Assembly (NCBI GenBank): GCA_044892525.1
Contig: CM097885.1
Coordinates: forward strand, 226,486,001-226,550,000
DNA: 64,000 nt
Reading direction: 5' to 3'
Origin: Schmidtea polychroa
Lineage: Eukaryota
Positions 13,211 through 25,400 of the stretch are shown piece after piece (positions within the stretch are counted from its first letter, which is position 1; each line of letters begins with the position of its first letter). The translations under genes were made by a program, and so were the position numbers. A model generated the notes under the pieces. It was not told the DNA's origin and did no database searches. It worked only from the letters and a program-made list of their open reading frames with translations.

Positions 13211-14700
13211 ACACTGTCTTACTACAAATTTTCAGAAAAAAAGCTACCTAGGGCTTATTTTCGGGTCATATTTTCAAAACAAATTTATTACGTTTAAAAA
13301 CTAGACATTTATTCAAATATAATCATGTCATCCACCTCATTTCCATCACCATCATTACTGTCAGTCGGGGTTACAATATTGCCCATCCGTGATTCAATTT
13401 CATCCAAGATCATCGGTCAAAATCTCGAATGCCTGGCAATATAGATATCTTCAAACGAGCCATTTTTATCCAAGTATCCTGCTCTTAGTGCGTTACCAAT
13501 GGACGTATCCGTGATTGCATTCCATGCTTTCGCGACCCAAGATACAACCTCTTGTATTTTTGGCTTTACCAAATTCCCACGTTGATTTCGCTCCATTCTT
13601 TTCTCAATATACTCATTTATTTCTGCTCTGAGGTAATCTTTGAATTGTTTATTGATCGCAATGTCGAGTGTTTGAAGATATCCAGTCATTCCGACAGTTA
13701 TCATGATCTGATCAATTCTTCTCTCGATTAGGAAGTTTTTAATACCTTGTGCACGGTGCGTGCTAGCCGAATCCCAAATGAGCATGCCTCTTTTCCCGCA
13801 CCTTAAGACAACAGGTAGCATCAAATCCGTCCACCTTTTTATGACAGCTTGTGTGCACCACGCCTTTTCAGATTCAAGCACATAAATTCCGGAAATGCGT
13901 GACAGCTTATCGTTCTTGCCTTTCGTTATGATGAGAGGAGGGATTTTACTTCCATTCAGTCGAATTCCCAAAATACAAGTCACGCGCATGCTTTCATAGC
14001 CAGTCGATGGGATGTAGATCGACGAAGCACCTCTTTTGTCAATTGTTGTTTGTGATTCCAAACCCATAAATACGGCTGTTTCATTCATGGCTATCACATT
14101 TGAGTGCTCATATCCCGAAAAATCTATTTGGTCAACAAAATTTTTGTATGCGATCGCCCGATTAATAATTTGCTCCTCTTCCAATTTGAACAAAGTAGTG
14201 GATTTACGTAGAGAAAGTTCATATCGCCCAAGGAAACTGTCCAGCCAATGGTTTGACGCTTTGAACTCATCCGATGAAATATTAAATGGTGTTATCAGCG
14301 ACAACGCAAATTTTTGAATATCAATCCTTCTAACAACCAATCCAGCGGATCTTCTTGCAGCAATCCATTCAAATACAGCATCCTCTAAATCGGGAAACAA
14401 TGTTTGTCGACCCGATCCGAACTTACGTTTCTTTTCATTGCCTTCGGCTGCTCTTTGAACAAGATTCGCATATTCTGCTCGCCATTTTCTAACCATTCGG
14501 AGATCTAGTTTATTATCTCTGCAAAATACCGTAAGATTTAGGCCATTTGACTCTTCAATAATGGCTTTCTTATATTCTATTGAATAACTTTTTCGATTCG
14601 CGCCCATTCGTGGGTTAAAAGTCAAATTTATAAAATATTGATACTGATTAATAAATGCGTTGTAACAAACTAATTAGATTGTTGATCATATAAATGCAAT
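13211..14700 (-). mobile_element. pogo-superfamily (DD35D, Passer/Fot-like) transposon; ~396-aa ORF with first catalytic Asp changed to Asn
   Basis: ORF 13417-14625 (likely ATG 14607): HTH + CENP-B HTH (LEDAVFEWI...RR) + DDE_1; motifs IAMNETAV, WDSASTH, LQTLD with 35 residues between D2 and D3. The 3' end runs into N-gap 13082-13210. Confidence 0.9.
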
Positions 14701-15451
14701 TTTTGTTGAAACAAAGTATCCACTGTGAAAAGTTTATCTATATCACATTATTTTATTTTAATGAAAAATAAATAACACACATTTCACATGCGTGACGCCT
14801 GTAATACCATGCGAATCACGATTTATGGTCTAATATCTTTATGTTTCGTTTATAGTGACTTATGAATGTGACTAACTTTTTTCAGTCAAAAAAAATTATT
14901 TTTTTTCGGGCATAACAACCTTATGACGTAAAATCGAAAGAAAGTGCCAGGGATAAATAAAAAATATATAAATTTTATAACAATATGCTAAAATGCAATT
15001 GCCCGAGCAATTCAATATGTTCGAACCTAAACTACACGTGAAGGAGGTGTATGTAAGACATCTGAACAGAACATGTATTAAAATACCTAAAAACCCATGT
15101 AAAACCGACACATATGATTTTAAAATTATGGTCATGATCATTGGATTGGGGATTGAATAACTAACAGATTTGCCAGTATTTGACACTTTAAAGCATATAT
15201 TTATGGCTAATTTGAATTAAAATTAGTATTTTATTCGTTATGTAAATAAGTAAATAGATCTTTCAAGGTAGGTNNNNNNNNNNNNNNNNNNNNNNNNNNN
15301 NNNNNNNNNNNNNNNNNNNNNNNNNNNNNNNNNNNNNNNNNNNNNNNNNNNNNNNNNNNNNNNNNNNNNNNNNNNNNNNNNNNNNNNNNNNNNNNNNNNN
15401 NNNNNNNNNNNNNNNNNNNNAAATTAGGAATCAATTACTAAAATTCATATA

Positions 15452-15595
15452 CCGTATTTTTCGGACAATAAGACGCACTTAAAATCCTTTCATTTTCTCA
15501 AATATCGTCAGTGCGCCTAATGTATGGTTGTTCTTTCTGACTTAGAATCGATTTTTCATCTAAATTCGAAATATAAAAGTTTCTATATTCTTAAT
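15452..15595 (+). mobile_element. pogo/Passer-type terminal sequence
   Basis: TA followed by CCGTATTTTTCGGACAATAAGACGCAC, a typical Passer-like TIR; partner end not identified. Confidence 0.5.
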
Positions 15596-16010
15596 CAGTG
15601 TTGTCCAAACTGTGTGCTGTGGAGGGTGCCCAGGTGTGCCGTGAAATTTTTTTAAAAAAAGTCAAAAAAACCCTGTTTTTCCAAACAACTTAATAAAAGG
15701 AAATTGAATTGTGGATATTTATATATATTCAAATTTAAATGTTAATCAGTCAATTAAGTGCGAAATTTATTTGTTTACAATCATATTTATATTTCTTACT
15801 AGAAATATTGACTATCTAAAATACGTAAGCAGCTTAATTATGTTTATTTAGTATCTTAAATATTAAATAATAATATTTTTTAGTTTATAAGTTTTTCATT
15901 TCTTATTAAAAGATTAGTAAAAATGCAATAAAAAATTGCAAATAAATCAAAAAAAATTTAGGTGTGCCGCGAAAATTTTTAATTCAGCTCAAAAAATTTG
16001 GACAACACTG
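15596..16010. mobile_element. hAT MITE (415 bp)
   Basis: Perfect 14-bp TIR CAGTGTTGTCCAAA / TTTGGACAACACTG; degenerate TSD TTCTTAAT / ATCTAAAT. Confidence 0.85.
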
Positions 16011-16199
16011 ATCTAAATAAAGATAAAAAATTTGATTTTTGGTAGAGGAATAGAATAAACCAAAAAGTATTGTTTTGTATTTTATGTGTGTAACACTGAA
16101 CAATGTTGAGAGTTATTGTGAAAGAGTTGAATAGAGTTGAATAAAGTTTGACTTATCGGAGTTTTGTGTCATTTAATGTGTACGCCTTATTTATGAAAA

Positions 16200-16500
16200 T
16201 AAAACCTTTAGAAGTCAATCAATGATATTGCGCCTTAAGGTCCAAAAAATACGGTACATATAATAAAATTTGGGAATCATAGATAAACGTAATGATAAGG
16301 GTCTTAATTATTATTGTTGGTAATGGGTATGTAATTGATTCTAGGGGTATAAAATTTTGATATGTGAAGATTATATTGGTAGATGTGACTGCCAAAAAAG
16401 GTGGCAAATCTGAATTTCATAGGACTAAAGCTATCTAGAAAAAATATCTGGCCAGGGATCTCCATGATATTTGATAAAATTACCGATCTAAGAGTATTTA
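16200..16500 (-). pseudogene. Decayed LTR-retrotransposon RT fragment
   Basis: ORF 16219-16407 contains TYPLPTI...FLDLKAQYH, resembling YPLPRI...LDLKSGYHQ. Confidence 0.4.
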
Positions 16501-16755
16501 AATTATTTAGAGTTAACCGACTACATTTTATTACTGTTGTATTGTGTCTTGTGGAGAATTTGAGTCGATATAGGCTATTTGTTCACCTCCGTCAGCCGTG
16601 CTCGACTTAAGAAAGTGGACTCTTAGTGTACTATATAGTAATAGTTAAATGTAAACGTTAGTCATGTACTATTAAGGTGAAACAGTCGCTTTAATTAAAA
16701 TATACATATTTTCCCGGTCACACAAAACTCGGTACGATAGGCCCTAAGGTTATGT

Positions 16756-19700
16756 TGCAGCCAACGTTGTATTAAGGTGTTACAACGTCGAACCTATTTA
16801 TTTACATTGATTTTAGCCGACATAGGCAAAAGACTATGCCGGCCACCACAGAGGGGAATTAATCCACGAACTCCGTGGCACAAAACCACGAAGTCAGTAG
16901 GTCCTCCGGTGATAATTACATTTGAAAGTTTTATGCATGCCAGGCCGTAGACCTGTTGGGTCATGAAGGGTTGTGGACCCAACCACGACATTGGTGAATA
17001 TAATTGGTTGTAGAACTGGCGGGACCGTGTGCATAGAAATGTCACTCCGATCCCGGTCAATCTTACGAATGGTATAAAAATAAGGAAAACCAAATGACTA
17101 TTGATTATAAATATTATACAAATTATAATCAATAACAATCATATAAAACAATTAAATCGTTCTTACTAAATAGATTCCGAATTTAAACAGTAAAAGCAAA
17201 GAAAAACCTTTTTTGACATAAAAGTGTTTTGTGACGGAAATGTCTCGGTATATGTACCCTATTTTTGGTGTGCAAGTATGTGAGCGTGCAGTGATGCAGT
17301 AAAACAAATTCGAATTATTTTAATTCTAGAACATTCGATTTTTAATTTTTATCAATTTTGATGGCAATTTTCGTGCAATAATTTTTGTTTTTATTTTCAA
17401 AATTTTAATTTTTTATTAAATTTGCCTCCATGATGGATATGGCCATTTCCAGAACATTCCATGTTAAATTTAATCAATTTCTTATTTTTAATTGGCTTTT
17501 TGTGAATTCTTTCAAAATTTTTGTATTTTAAACTAAAAAACTTTATTTTTTGAAAATCTTATTGGGCCGTTTGGCGGCCATGTTAGATTTCGCCATTCTT
17601 ATGGATTGTTCTGGGTTTTTAATCAAAATTTTTATGAAAATTTTTAATTTCCATTATAATTTTTACTAATCGCCCCTTTTTCAAATTTGCTTTTGTCATT
17701 GTTATCACTTTCAAAATACATTATTTAGTAACAAGACTTTTTTTGAATTTGTAAATCTTTATTTTTTATAACATATTTAAACAAAGTTTAAATAATTAGA
17801 TTATTAAAAATACCTATAGTATTTATAATAATTATTTAATTGATTTGGCTACATAACTATCAGCCAAGATCATGGAGTGATCTATTAGATTCTTGGAGAT
17901 GGGTTGCTCTGAATTTGTCTACCGATACTCGTAAAGTCCTCGTTGGTAATTGAATTTCAAATGTTTTAAAATCTGAACTTTGGCTAATTACCCTATATGG
18001 TCCGTCACATACAGGCTTGAGGGCGGTTCTTGATTCGGCTTTGAGCCACACGTGAGTAGATTCCTTCAGCTCGCTCGGTAGGAATGGTTTCCAATTTTGA
18101 TTTCTTTTCCTTCTGATTATGATATCGCCAGGTAGCCGTCAATCAGTTGGCTTGGTGATAAATTTGTTTCTTCTGAGATGAAATTGCGAAGTCCAAGTAG
18201 AATTGACGGAAGTTCATTTGTCCAACTTCTGTAGGCACCATCTGAATGTGCCATTATTGCTGATTTAAGAGTTCTATGGAACCTTTCAACTTTGCCATTA
18301 CATTGTGGATGATATGGTGTGGTGTGTCTGTGATCAGCATTGAATTTTTGACACATATCTCTGAATGTAGCCGAGATAAATTGCTTGCCATTGTTTGTGA
18401 TGATGATTTCTGGAACTCCATAGCGGCATATCCACTCGGTCTCCAGGGTTCTCTTTATTATGTTGCTTGTTATTTCAGAGATCGGGATGGCCTCCGGCCA
18501 AGAAGTATATCTGTCAATAATAGTAAGAATATATTTTTAGTTGTTTACCTATGTCTAAGTGAATAACTTTGTCCAAGTGAATAACTTTGAATTTTCCTAG
18601 ATTTGGGAGCTTCTTGAGTGCTGATTTAGTGTGCCTGGTTATTTTGTTTTTCTGACATTTCTCACAGTTTTGCACCATTTTCGTATTAGGCTAATCGTCG
18701 CATTTGCCTTCGGGTGGCATGTATTGTGGAGCCGCTTAAATTCAACGAACTCATTGCTCTCTGGCAGACTATTCGTTTTGATCCTGTTGACATGTTTACA
18801 AACATTCCATCTTCATTCTTTTGAATTTCGAATGTGGGAAAAGCTTCTAACATTTTGAATAATGATGGCTCTTTCTGTTGTTGGATGATATCAGTTTTTC
18901 TTATCTGTATTGAAAGAATATGTGTTTCTTTATTGGCGTTGTCACTGGTGCCCATTTGCCTGGAAAGAAAATCTGCAACCAAATTATCTTTGCCCTTATA
19001 TGGTTGATCTTTATATCGAATTCACTTATGAATTGGATCCATCGCCATTGCCAATTTGATGGCTCTTTCATTGTGTTTAGGTAGATCGGTGGTTTGTGAT
19101 CGATAAGGAATTCAAAACTGTTGCCATCCAGGTGATGCTTGAAATTTTTGATGGTCAGATAAACAGCTGGCAGTTCTCTGTCAAATGTTGAGTACCCGCG
19201 TTCCGTACTATTTAGTTTTCTTGATATGAAGCTGATGGGTGTGAGTTTGTCATCACTATTTCTTACGCCAATGCCTATCTCTGATGCGTCCGTACATAGA
19301 ATGAAAGTTCGCTTTGAATTTGGGGGTGTCAACTCGACAATTTCTTGTAATTTTTTTTTGCCGCCTCAAAGTATGTTGTTCCCTCCATAAGAACTTCCGT
19401 TTGTCTTTGATACTAACTGAAACTAAATCATGTAGTGGTGCAATTATTTCTACCAGGTTTGGAGTTAGCCAGTGATAAAATGATATTGCTCCTATGAATC
19501 ATCGAAGAGATTTTGGATGGTTTGGGCCTAGACATGATGAAATTGCTTGAATTTTGTCTGGTTGTGGTGACTATTCCTGAACCTGAAATGATAAATCCAA
19601 GAAATTTTACTTCTGTTTGAGTCGTGCCGCACTTATTTTCATTGATGGACAAATTTGCGTCTTGCAAGACTTTCCGAATGACTGATAAGTGACCATGATG

Positions 19701-21430
19701 TTCTTCCTTAGACTTTGAGAAGATGATTATATCATCTATGTACGCTCTGGCAAATTCTCTGTACGGGCGTAGAAGTTTGAAAAGTTGAATAGTCTACGAC
19801 GCATTTTTTAATCCAAATGGCATTTTTAAATATTCATATAATCCAAATGGCGTGATTATTCCCGTTTTTGGTATATCAGCTTTTGAGATGGGGATTTGAT
19901 GGTATGCCTTCTCTAAGTCGATGGTTGAAAAAATTTGGTTCCCTACCAGTTGATCGAGCATATCAGTTATGCTCAGTAATGGGTATCTGTCTAACTTTGT
20001 TGCTGTATTCAAAAGTCAGTAGTCTCCACAGGTTCGAATCGATCCGTCTTTCTTTCTAACGATTACTAAAAGAGATGCCCGGTTGCTTTTACTTTCTCGC
20101 AAAAATGCCTTTTGCGATTAACTCATTAAATTCTTTTCCCACCATTTCTAAATACTTCCTGCTTAGGCGTCTAGCTGATTGTGCAATTGGTGGGCATACT
20201 GTCTCTATCTCCAATGCCTGCTCAAGAAGAACTGAGTTGATTTTTTCAGGAGCAGTTCTTTCTTTGGATTCTGTCGTATTTTCAGAAATGTAGATCTTAG
20301 CATTTCTACAGTCAATTACAAACTTATGGCTTGCTAGAAAATCTGCTCCTCGAATCGGGTGGTTTACATCTGACACCACGAAGCTCCATCTAAAGTTCTG
20401 CTCTATGTTTGAAATCCTAAAATTTAGCGTCTTCGAACCATAAGTTTTGATGTTGCAGTTATTGGATGAAACAAGTTTAATAGGCACGTCTCTAGAATCA
20501 GGAGTAAATGCATTCGCTGGGATGACGCTGACATCCACTCCAGAATCCACGAGGAAATTGTATGTTCTATTGCTCTGAAAAATTGGCACTGTGAATATGG
20601 TGGGGATTTTTGTCGACTCCTGAGTATTGTCCCGGATCTCTGTCGTCAAAGAGATCCTTAGTCTTTTCACGCATATGATGACTTAGTCCAATGACATGGC
20701 TGTTCGCGTTCTCGGGCATCCTTTCCAAATCTTCTGTGGAAATAGCATATAGGATTCATTGTTGACAGCTTGTTGTATTGACTGGATTTGTTATTTAATT
20801 TTATAGCATCGATTTGATTTTGGAGTTTTTCTATTACCTGTTGATACTGGATTTCGGCTTGTTGTCGATTTTCCACCAGAAATATAACATGATTTTTTGA
20901 AGCCCATATGTAAGTTTGCGATGTTTGCCAGCTCATCAATATCATCTTTTCTTTGACACTAATAAGTGTTGTATGTGAACTGGCATGCAATTTATAAATT
21001 GAAATCTCAGGATCTGGCTCGTTTGTGGGTTTCCATTCGGTTCCATTAGTTTGTAACTGCGCTTGAGTTCCCTGAGCAATTGACTTGATTTTCGGTCACC
21101 AAGTTCTTGTTTCTGCAGCAATATTTTGGCAGCCTCTGTTGCCGATCCTTTTGATTCCCTGATTATTGCGTCTTTTACGAATATGGCAGTTTGATTTGGT
21201 GGTCCAATAGATCCGAGTTTTCTTCAAGGATTCTTAGCGGTAGACTGGTGAGGAGATGAAAATATTTTCTTTTTTCATTTTTTATTGATGTCAGCTCGAG
21301 TCCAGCATCAACTTTTTGGAAGAACGCTACTACGTTGTCGAAGAAAATCGGTATCTTCATATGGATGTGACTACTTTCATGAGCCACACTTCTGACACCA
21401 ATGTTGTCATAATTAGAATACATTATTTAG
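16756..21430 (-). mobile_element. Ty3/gypsy LTR retrotransposon, fragmented gag-pro-RT-RNaseH-integrase
   Basis: Gag (KIPIFF...KYFHLLTSLP...LGDRKSSQLLRELK), protease LVDSGVDVSVIP, RT (YPLLSI...IDLEKAYHQIP...MPFGLKNA), RNase H (LCTDASEIGIG...ELPAVY), integrase (TTPYHPQCNGKVERFHRTLK) and GPY motif in the correct order; many frameshifts. Putative 3' LTR ~16756-17853 (TGCAGCCAA...TTGGCTACA, tentative); 5' end lost in gap 21488-21688. Confidence 0.95.
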
Positions 21431-22490
21431 AAACAAGACACTTTTCGCCACTATTCTAACTTGTGGGTATATATAAACATTCAAGCANNNNNNNNNNNNN
21501 NNNNNNNNNNNNNNNNNNNNNNNNNNNNNNNNNNNNNNNNNNNNNNNNNNNNNNNNNNNNNNNNNNNNNNNNNNNNNNNNNNNNNNNNNNNNNNNNNNNN
21601 NNNNNNNNNNNNNNNNNNNNNNNNNNNNNNNNNNNNNNNNNNNNNNNNNNNNNNNNNNNNNNNNNNNNNNNNNNNNNNNNNNNNNNNNTATATATTACTG
21701 ATTTAGTCTTCAAGCTCTTTCTAATAATTAAAATGGAATGTGAGGCTGATAATTAAATATTTCAATGATTTATTAAGATAATTTTAAATGATAAATAATT
21801 GACTATTAAATTAACTTTTAAAATAATTTTTAAATAGGATTTTTTAAATTTCTAAATTGAAAAATTAAACAAGCTTTTTAAAAGAAGTTTTATTAAATAC
21901 TTTTTAAATATCGAAATTTTAATAAATGGTTTTGAAAATATTTTATTCAACGCTGAAAATTTGTTTGAAAATTATACAATATTTCATTAAATAAATAATT
22001 GGAATTATGACGTTAACTTTTAAACCGGATTTAAAAAATAATTTAGAAGGTCTGTTAGCAGCTTCTAATATGGAAAAAAAGTTCTTATTTTTAGTAAATT
22101 TAAGAAAAATCATAGGCAATTTAATTAGAAATCTATGCTTTTTGGAGTTACCATTTCTTAGATAATTTAATTATAATATGAGCACTTTCAAACAATATTA
22201 TATAATTCATACAAAATTTGTGTATATTTGATAGAAATACATAGTTATCTGTGATAAAATAACCAACTATTTCAATTTTCCAGGAAAATTTGATTCATTA
22301 AACAGATTATTATCATCAATTGATAGAGTCTATGATAATTCTATGTTACAATTTTTAAAATTTTTAAATAAATACAAATTTAAATTAAAAATTGAGAATT
22401 TAAATTTTATAAAAAAATAATTCATTAATTTATCTAAACTCTTCAATATCAAAATGAATAAAATTATAAAAATGGTAAATTTTTCTGTCT

Positions 22491-25400
22491 TCAGTCATCG
22501 ATATCTGACCCAGTCAGCGTCAAGGCAACCTAAGACGAGAGAAATTTGAATAAAATTAACATATCATCATTTACCAGTCCACCTTTGTTGATAATATCTG
22601 TCTCATAATATTTATGAAAAAAATCTTTTATATAATGCAGCATTCGTTTAACAGTAGAATTTTTTTCTTCGTCACTTCCAATATAAGCAACTAGTTCAAT
22701 TCCATATTTGTACAACATTGATACGCTTCTTAAGGTACACTCTGTTCCCAACTTATCTTTCAAAAAATGTTTAAATTCTTTGAAATGCTTAACATTGCAC
22801 AAAAATTCTAGATCTGATTCTTCGATAACAATCTTAATCAAAGAAGTTCTAATTAAATATTGACAATTTTTAATGTCAAAAATAAAATATAAATAAATTT
22901 CTTATAAATGCAATAATTCAATATTCATTCTAATCTAATTTATAATAAATCTTTTGGTGAGATTGTATTTGGATATTTGATTGCTCTGGGCTTTTTATTA
23001 AAATACGTAGACCCGTACTCATTGTATTTGAAAGACTAAGTATTTGAAAAGATTAATCCTGAATGTCTGGGCACTAAGTTTAAATCATAGTTTAAAATTT
23101 ATTGCGATGAATACATTATTTCCCAACTTATTATTATTATTTATTGTCTCTTATTATTATTTATTGGTGACCACACCATTAACCCAAGTGACAATTAATC
23201 CATCAACCCATAAACGCCGAATTCTCTAATGGCTGAATACCTATTTAATTGGAGATATTCTTGATAGATTTATCAAGAAGATGAAATTGTGCTTCTCAAT
23301 CGCCGATCTACGGAAACTTTAAAAATATAAGTCGGAAAAAAGGGAAACTGCACATGTGTTTCTTTACTTGATTGGTGGAGAATAAATAAATAATGATGTG
23401 GTTTGCAATTTTTTTACATAAAATAATTATTTTTAATAAAAAATAATATTATCACTGGTACGCATAAAAAACAGATATTTTGAGGTCAACAATGAATATC
23501 CAATTTCATATTTATTCATATACTCTAACCAAGTAGCAACAGTTGGTAATAATTCCAGGCTTCATTTTGAAAATGAATAGAGAGACATGGAAATAAAAAT
23601 TAGACTGATAGAAAAATCATATTTCAAAGAACTCGAAACAATCAATTTCTAAAGGAAAAACTTTCAATCTTGATTTCAATGGAAGACAACCAATCTGAAA
23701 CCATTTGAAACATTGAGATATAGGACAACATTCATATATGCAATGTTATGCATGACGTGAAGTTAGCTGCATGTGGAATTTTACGATTATTTCTAATAGT
23801 CTATTGACTCACAGGAGGTCTATTTTTAATAATTAATAATTAATTAAGAGTAAACTAAAGCCTTCGGTTTCATTTGACACTAGTCTCCTCTCTAGTTTGA
23901 CAGACTATATTAGTTTAATGAATTTAATCTAATTATCTTTTTCGGTAGTGATTTGACTTTAATTAGTACAAAATTGCAATAAAATAGCAAATTTTTTTTT
24001 CAAAATATAAACTTTAATAATAACTGTTAATAATAAATATAATCCAATTTCAAACAATAAAAACAAGGGAGCGTCCATAAATGAAGTTATATACTTAGCC
24101 CATTTTTGAACCACTCTCAACATAGGTCGTTACAAAGGCTTATGCCTCTAAATTTTTACGCAATAAATATATGTCCTCCGACACAAAACCCATTTTTCAT
24201 TAATTATTTTGCAACCATCTTTTTATCTTGCTCAAAAACAGCGCATAATGAAAGATATTTACTAATTTGTTCTATAATTTCCAAAATTATATTTCTTTCC
24301 ACTCATTGCAGGTTTCATTAAGCCACAAAAGTCAGTGAAAATTGATTCAAACAAATAAACTTTTGTAAGTTTAATTAATTTATCTGCTGTTCGTGTATCC
24401 ATCGCCAAATTTTCCTAACTACCGATTGCAATTTATTTAAAAATATATTTCAATTCTAACACAAATAAAAAAGCTAAAGTTCCCATCAACTTATTTCATC
24501 GCTCGATAGCTTATTTTAAAGCCTGGTGCAAGACCTTTAGAATGAGCTAATGTTGTCATCACCATCATTAATATTGGCAAAGTTATTACCATTTTCCCAA
24601 GATCATTTTCAAGGTTATTTGTTTTTTCTCAAGGTCAAATTTCTTTTTCAAGGTCATATTTTAAAATTTAAATTTACAGAGTTTCCGCCAACGAAAATTA
24701 GTAAACGATAGCTCATATGACCTTGAAAAAAATAATATTTTTAAAAATAATAATAAAATTGTCAAATGACTTTGAAAATGGTCTTGGGAAAATGTTAATA
24801 ACTTTGTCAATATTAAAGATGGTTATGACCACAATAGCTCATTCGAAAGGTCTTGCACCAAGCTTTAAAATAAGTTATCGATCGATGAAATAAGTTGATG
24901 GGAACGATAACTTTTGGCAGGCCAAAAAGTAGGTCACCGCGAGAACAAAGGCATTAGAAATAATAATATTTTTAAAAATAATAATATGACCTTGATGAGT
25001 CATACGACCTTGAGAATGCCCTTGAATGAGTCATATGACCTTGAGAATGACCTTGGTGCGTCATGGTCTTTGTTTCAATGACCTTGATGAGTCATCGTCT
25101 TTGTTTCAATGACATTGATGAGTCATATGTCTTTGTTTAAAATTTCAAAGTGATATTTGATATGATTTCTAATGCCAATAGTTTCGAGCTTATTTGCCTC
25201 CAATCGGTACATTGTAAGAAAGTGGATATTATACAAAATCGAATCCAGAGATTTTATAATCAGACATCCTAATCTAATCACTCCATAACAAGAACGCATC
25301 AAATATTACAATTGTTTTATTAACTACAACTTATTTATCATTGAATAACATTATAAACCTTAATTGGGTTTACAACAATTTAATGAGACAAGAATGATAT

